DNA from: Takakia lepidozioides
Lineage: Eukaryota > Plantae > Bryophyta
DNA: 64,000 nt
Assembly: GCA_030704615.1 (NCBI GenBank)
Contig: CM060734.1
Span: 3,844,001-3,908,000 of the forward strand
Direction: 5' to 3'
The notes beneath the pieces were generated by a model, which ran no database searches, was not told the DNA's origin, and saw nothing but the letters and a program-made list of their open reading frames with translations. Shown piece after piece: positions 62,100 to 64,000 of this stretch. The position numbers and the translations under genes are program-made. The stretch's first letter is position 1, and every line of letters starts with the position of its first letter.

Positions 62100-63928
62100 T
62101 CCTGGTGTAAGCTCTTTTCCTCCTGCCATGCTGCACTTTCTGGATATTGTTTCCGTTCTTCTTCAATCTTCTTATCTGGAGGTTTCTGGCGCTTGGCCTT
62201 GGGTTACCGCAAGGGTATCCACTACAGGGGTTACCACATTCACGGCTACACTTGGTCCGGCTTCCATATTTCCCACTTCTGCCTCATGCTTGATTCACAA
62301 CTGGCATTCATGTTTCCAGTGTCCCTCTTTCTTGCAGTAGTGGCATCTCGTGACTTCTTTGTTTTTGGGTTCATGTTCTCTTTCCCGTGGTGGATAGTCA
62401 TCTCGTGGTCTCTGATAACGATTACCCATATTGTATCGTCTTGGTCCCTCCGATCCTCCCAATCGGATTTGGACTTGGTGTACCCACTCTTCTTGGCCCG
62501 TTGATTGTAAATACAATGGCTGGTATTATGATTGTTCATATGACAAATATCACAGTATTTGTCTTTCATGTGGCATTCTATTGCCAAGTGTCGTGCAGTC
62601 CCGCATTTGTGACACCATGTTGTCTTTCGTGGTCCTTCATCTTTAAAATTCTTGATAGCCTCTGCTATCTTCTGATCCAAAGTGGTTTTGTCAATCACTT
62701 CTTTCTTCTTTTGCTTGGGCTTTTCTTCATCATCAAAGTCTTCTTCTTCCAAGGGATCCTTGGAATCTTTACTTCTGCTATGATGAAATCCCAATCCTAA
62801 TTTCTTTGCAGTTCCTACTGCTTCAGCCAAAGTGTTGTTAGGCATGACTGTAACCATGGTTACATATTCAGGACGAAGTCCGTTGATGAACCATGATTTT
62901 TGTAAGTCATCACCTGGTGGTTGAGATAGCTTCCTGATCAGAGTCTTCATTCTCTCCAGGTAGTCGACTACCAATTCTTTCTTTTTCTGTCTCAGGTTCT
63001 GTAATCCTGTGAAGATTTCAGACGTGGATTTGTTGGATCTATATCTTTCTTGAAACGTGGCTCTCATATCCGCCCAATTCGCAAAGTGATTGGCTGGGAA
63101 AGTTGCCAACCATTCAATGCCTTTTCTGGCCATTGAACAAGGAAACAATCGGATCTTTTCCTGGTCTATTGCTTCATTGTAAATGGTGCACATGTTCTCG
63201 AGTTGATTAAGATGGATATCCGGATCAGATTTCCCATCATATAAAGGGAACGGCGGTCTGGTTTTGCTTGCTGCTAAGGCTATTGGTACAGCTGGTGCAA
63301 CTGGTGTTGCTGGTGCAATTGGTTGTCCAAACTGGGATGGTCCTGCTGCTGCCGGCTGTGGTGGTGTTGGGATTGTCAAGGCTAGTGGTGTTGTTGGTGT
63401 TTGTCTTCCAAACAATGATTCAAAGCTAGGAGGTCCTTGTCCCAATGATAGCCGTCTTCCAGCTGCTATCCCTACTAAGCTTAATGAATCTTTAAAAGCT
63501 TTGAGTGCAGTCCTCGTTATCCTTTCTGGAGAAGTGGTTTCACTTCTTTCACCTTCTTCACTCAGAATATTTTCAAATCTTTCTTCCAATATTTCAGCAA
63601 AGCCTCGATTTGGGCTTATTACTGTAGAAGGTCCTTTAGATCTTTCTTGTGGTAACCATTCATCAAGTGCATTACTGGCAATTCCTTCTAGAGTAGTTTT
63701 CTCACTTTCCAACGATCCGATTTCCTGATCTTCTGGTTTCTCACCGTCAATTTGTCTTGATGTCTCACCTTGAATAATATTCAAATTTTGTAATTCTGGT
63801 AACTTTTTTCTCAACCGAGCTTCCCTTTCAGCGGCGTATTTCTCTATTCTTTCAGCTCTGTTTTGCTTAGCTTTGTCTTTAATTTCCTCATTCATTCCCA
63901 CATCATATACAGAATTCCTTTCCAGCAC
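62100..63928 (-). pseudogene. gag: Gag with three CCHC knuckles (the third in a shifted frame)
   Basis: FPLYDGKSDPDIHL..LRQKKKE..WFINGL; CHKCGTARHLAIEC, CDICHMNNHNTSHC, CHYCKKEGHWKHEC. Confidence 0.9.
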
Positions 63929-64000
63929 CCTTTAATCAGCCTTGGTATGTCAGTAAAGAAAAATTATAGTGGTCTCTACCCTTTCTCCAAGATTTACCTA

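Larger units (their letters stand above)
53159..64000 (-). mobile_element. Near-complete non-chromovirus Ty3/gypsy element, family 2 (gag-PR-RT-RH-INT-extra ORF-PPT-3' LTR); 5' LTR outside the window
   Basis: Domain order, PPT at 54022-54038 and LTR 53159-54017. Confidence 0.95.

Overview
Eukaryotic, transposon-dense DNA, most likely heterochromatin of a non-seed land plant (inferred from element types, spliceosomal introns and F-box/kelch and DUSP fragments). I found no intact host gene. The window is a nest of at least four Ty3/gypsy families, two L1 LINE remnants, two copies of a tRNA-derived SINE, probable CACTA-type remnants with palindromic repeat arrays, and gene fragments (dual-specificity phosphatase, F-box/kelch, SET domain). 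The most unusual signal is a DDE-integrase gypsy family. Its 5' end is a single 327-bp TG..CA repeat (B, 5052-5378), while its 3' end reads PPT-A-B-A (22446-23141). This split-direct-repeat layout is normally seen in tyrosine-recombinase retroelements. The family also has a PBS complementary to its own LTR (self-priming) and a PHD finger on integrase. The two ends come from different copies, so the linkage is inferred. Other notable items are two open F-box-only ORFs inside an LTR, a zinc-module/SET-domain gene split by a SINE, and a conserved ~1000-codon extra ORF after pol in another gypsy family. All alignments and coordinates were read by eye.
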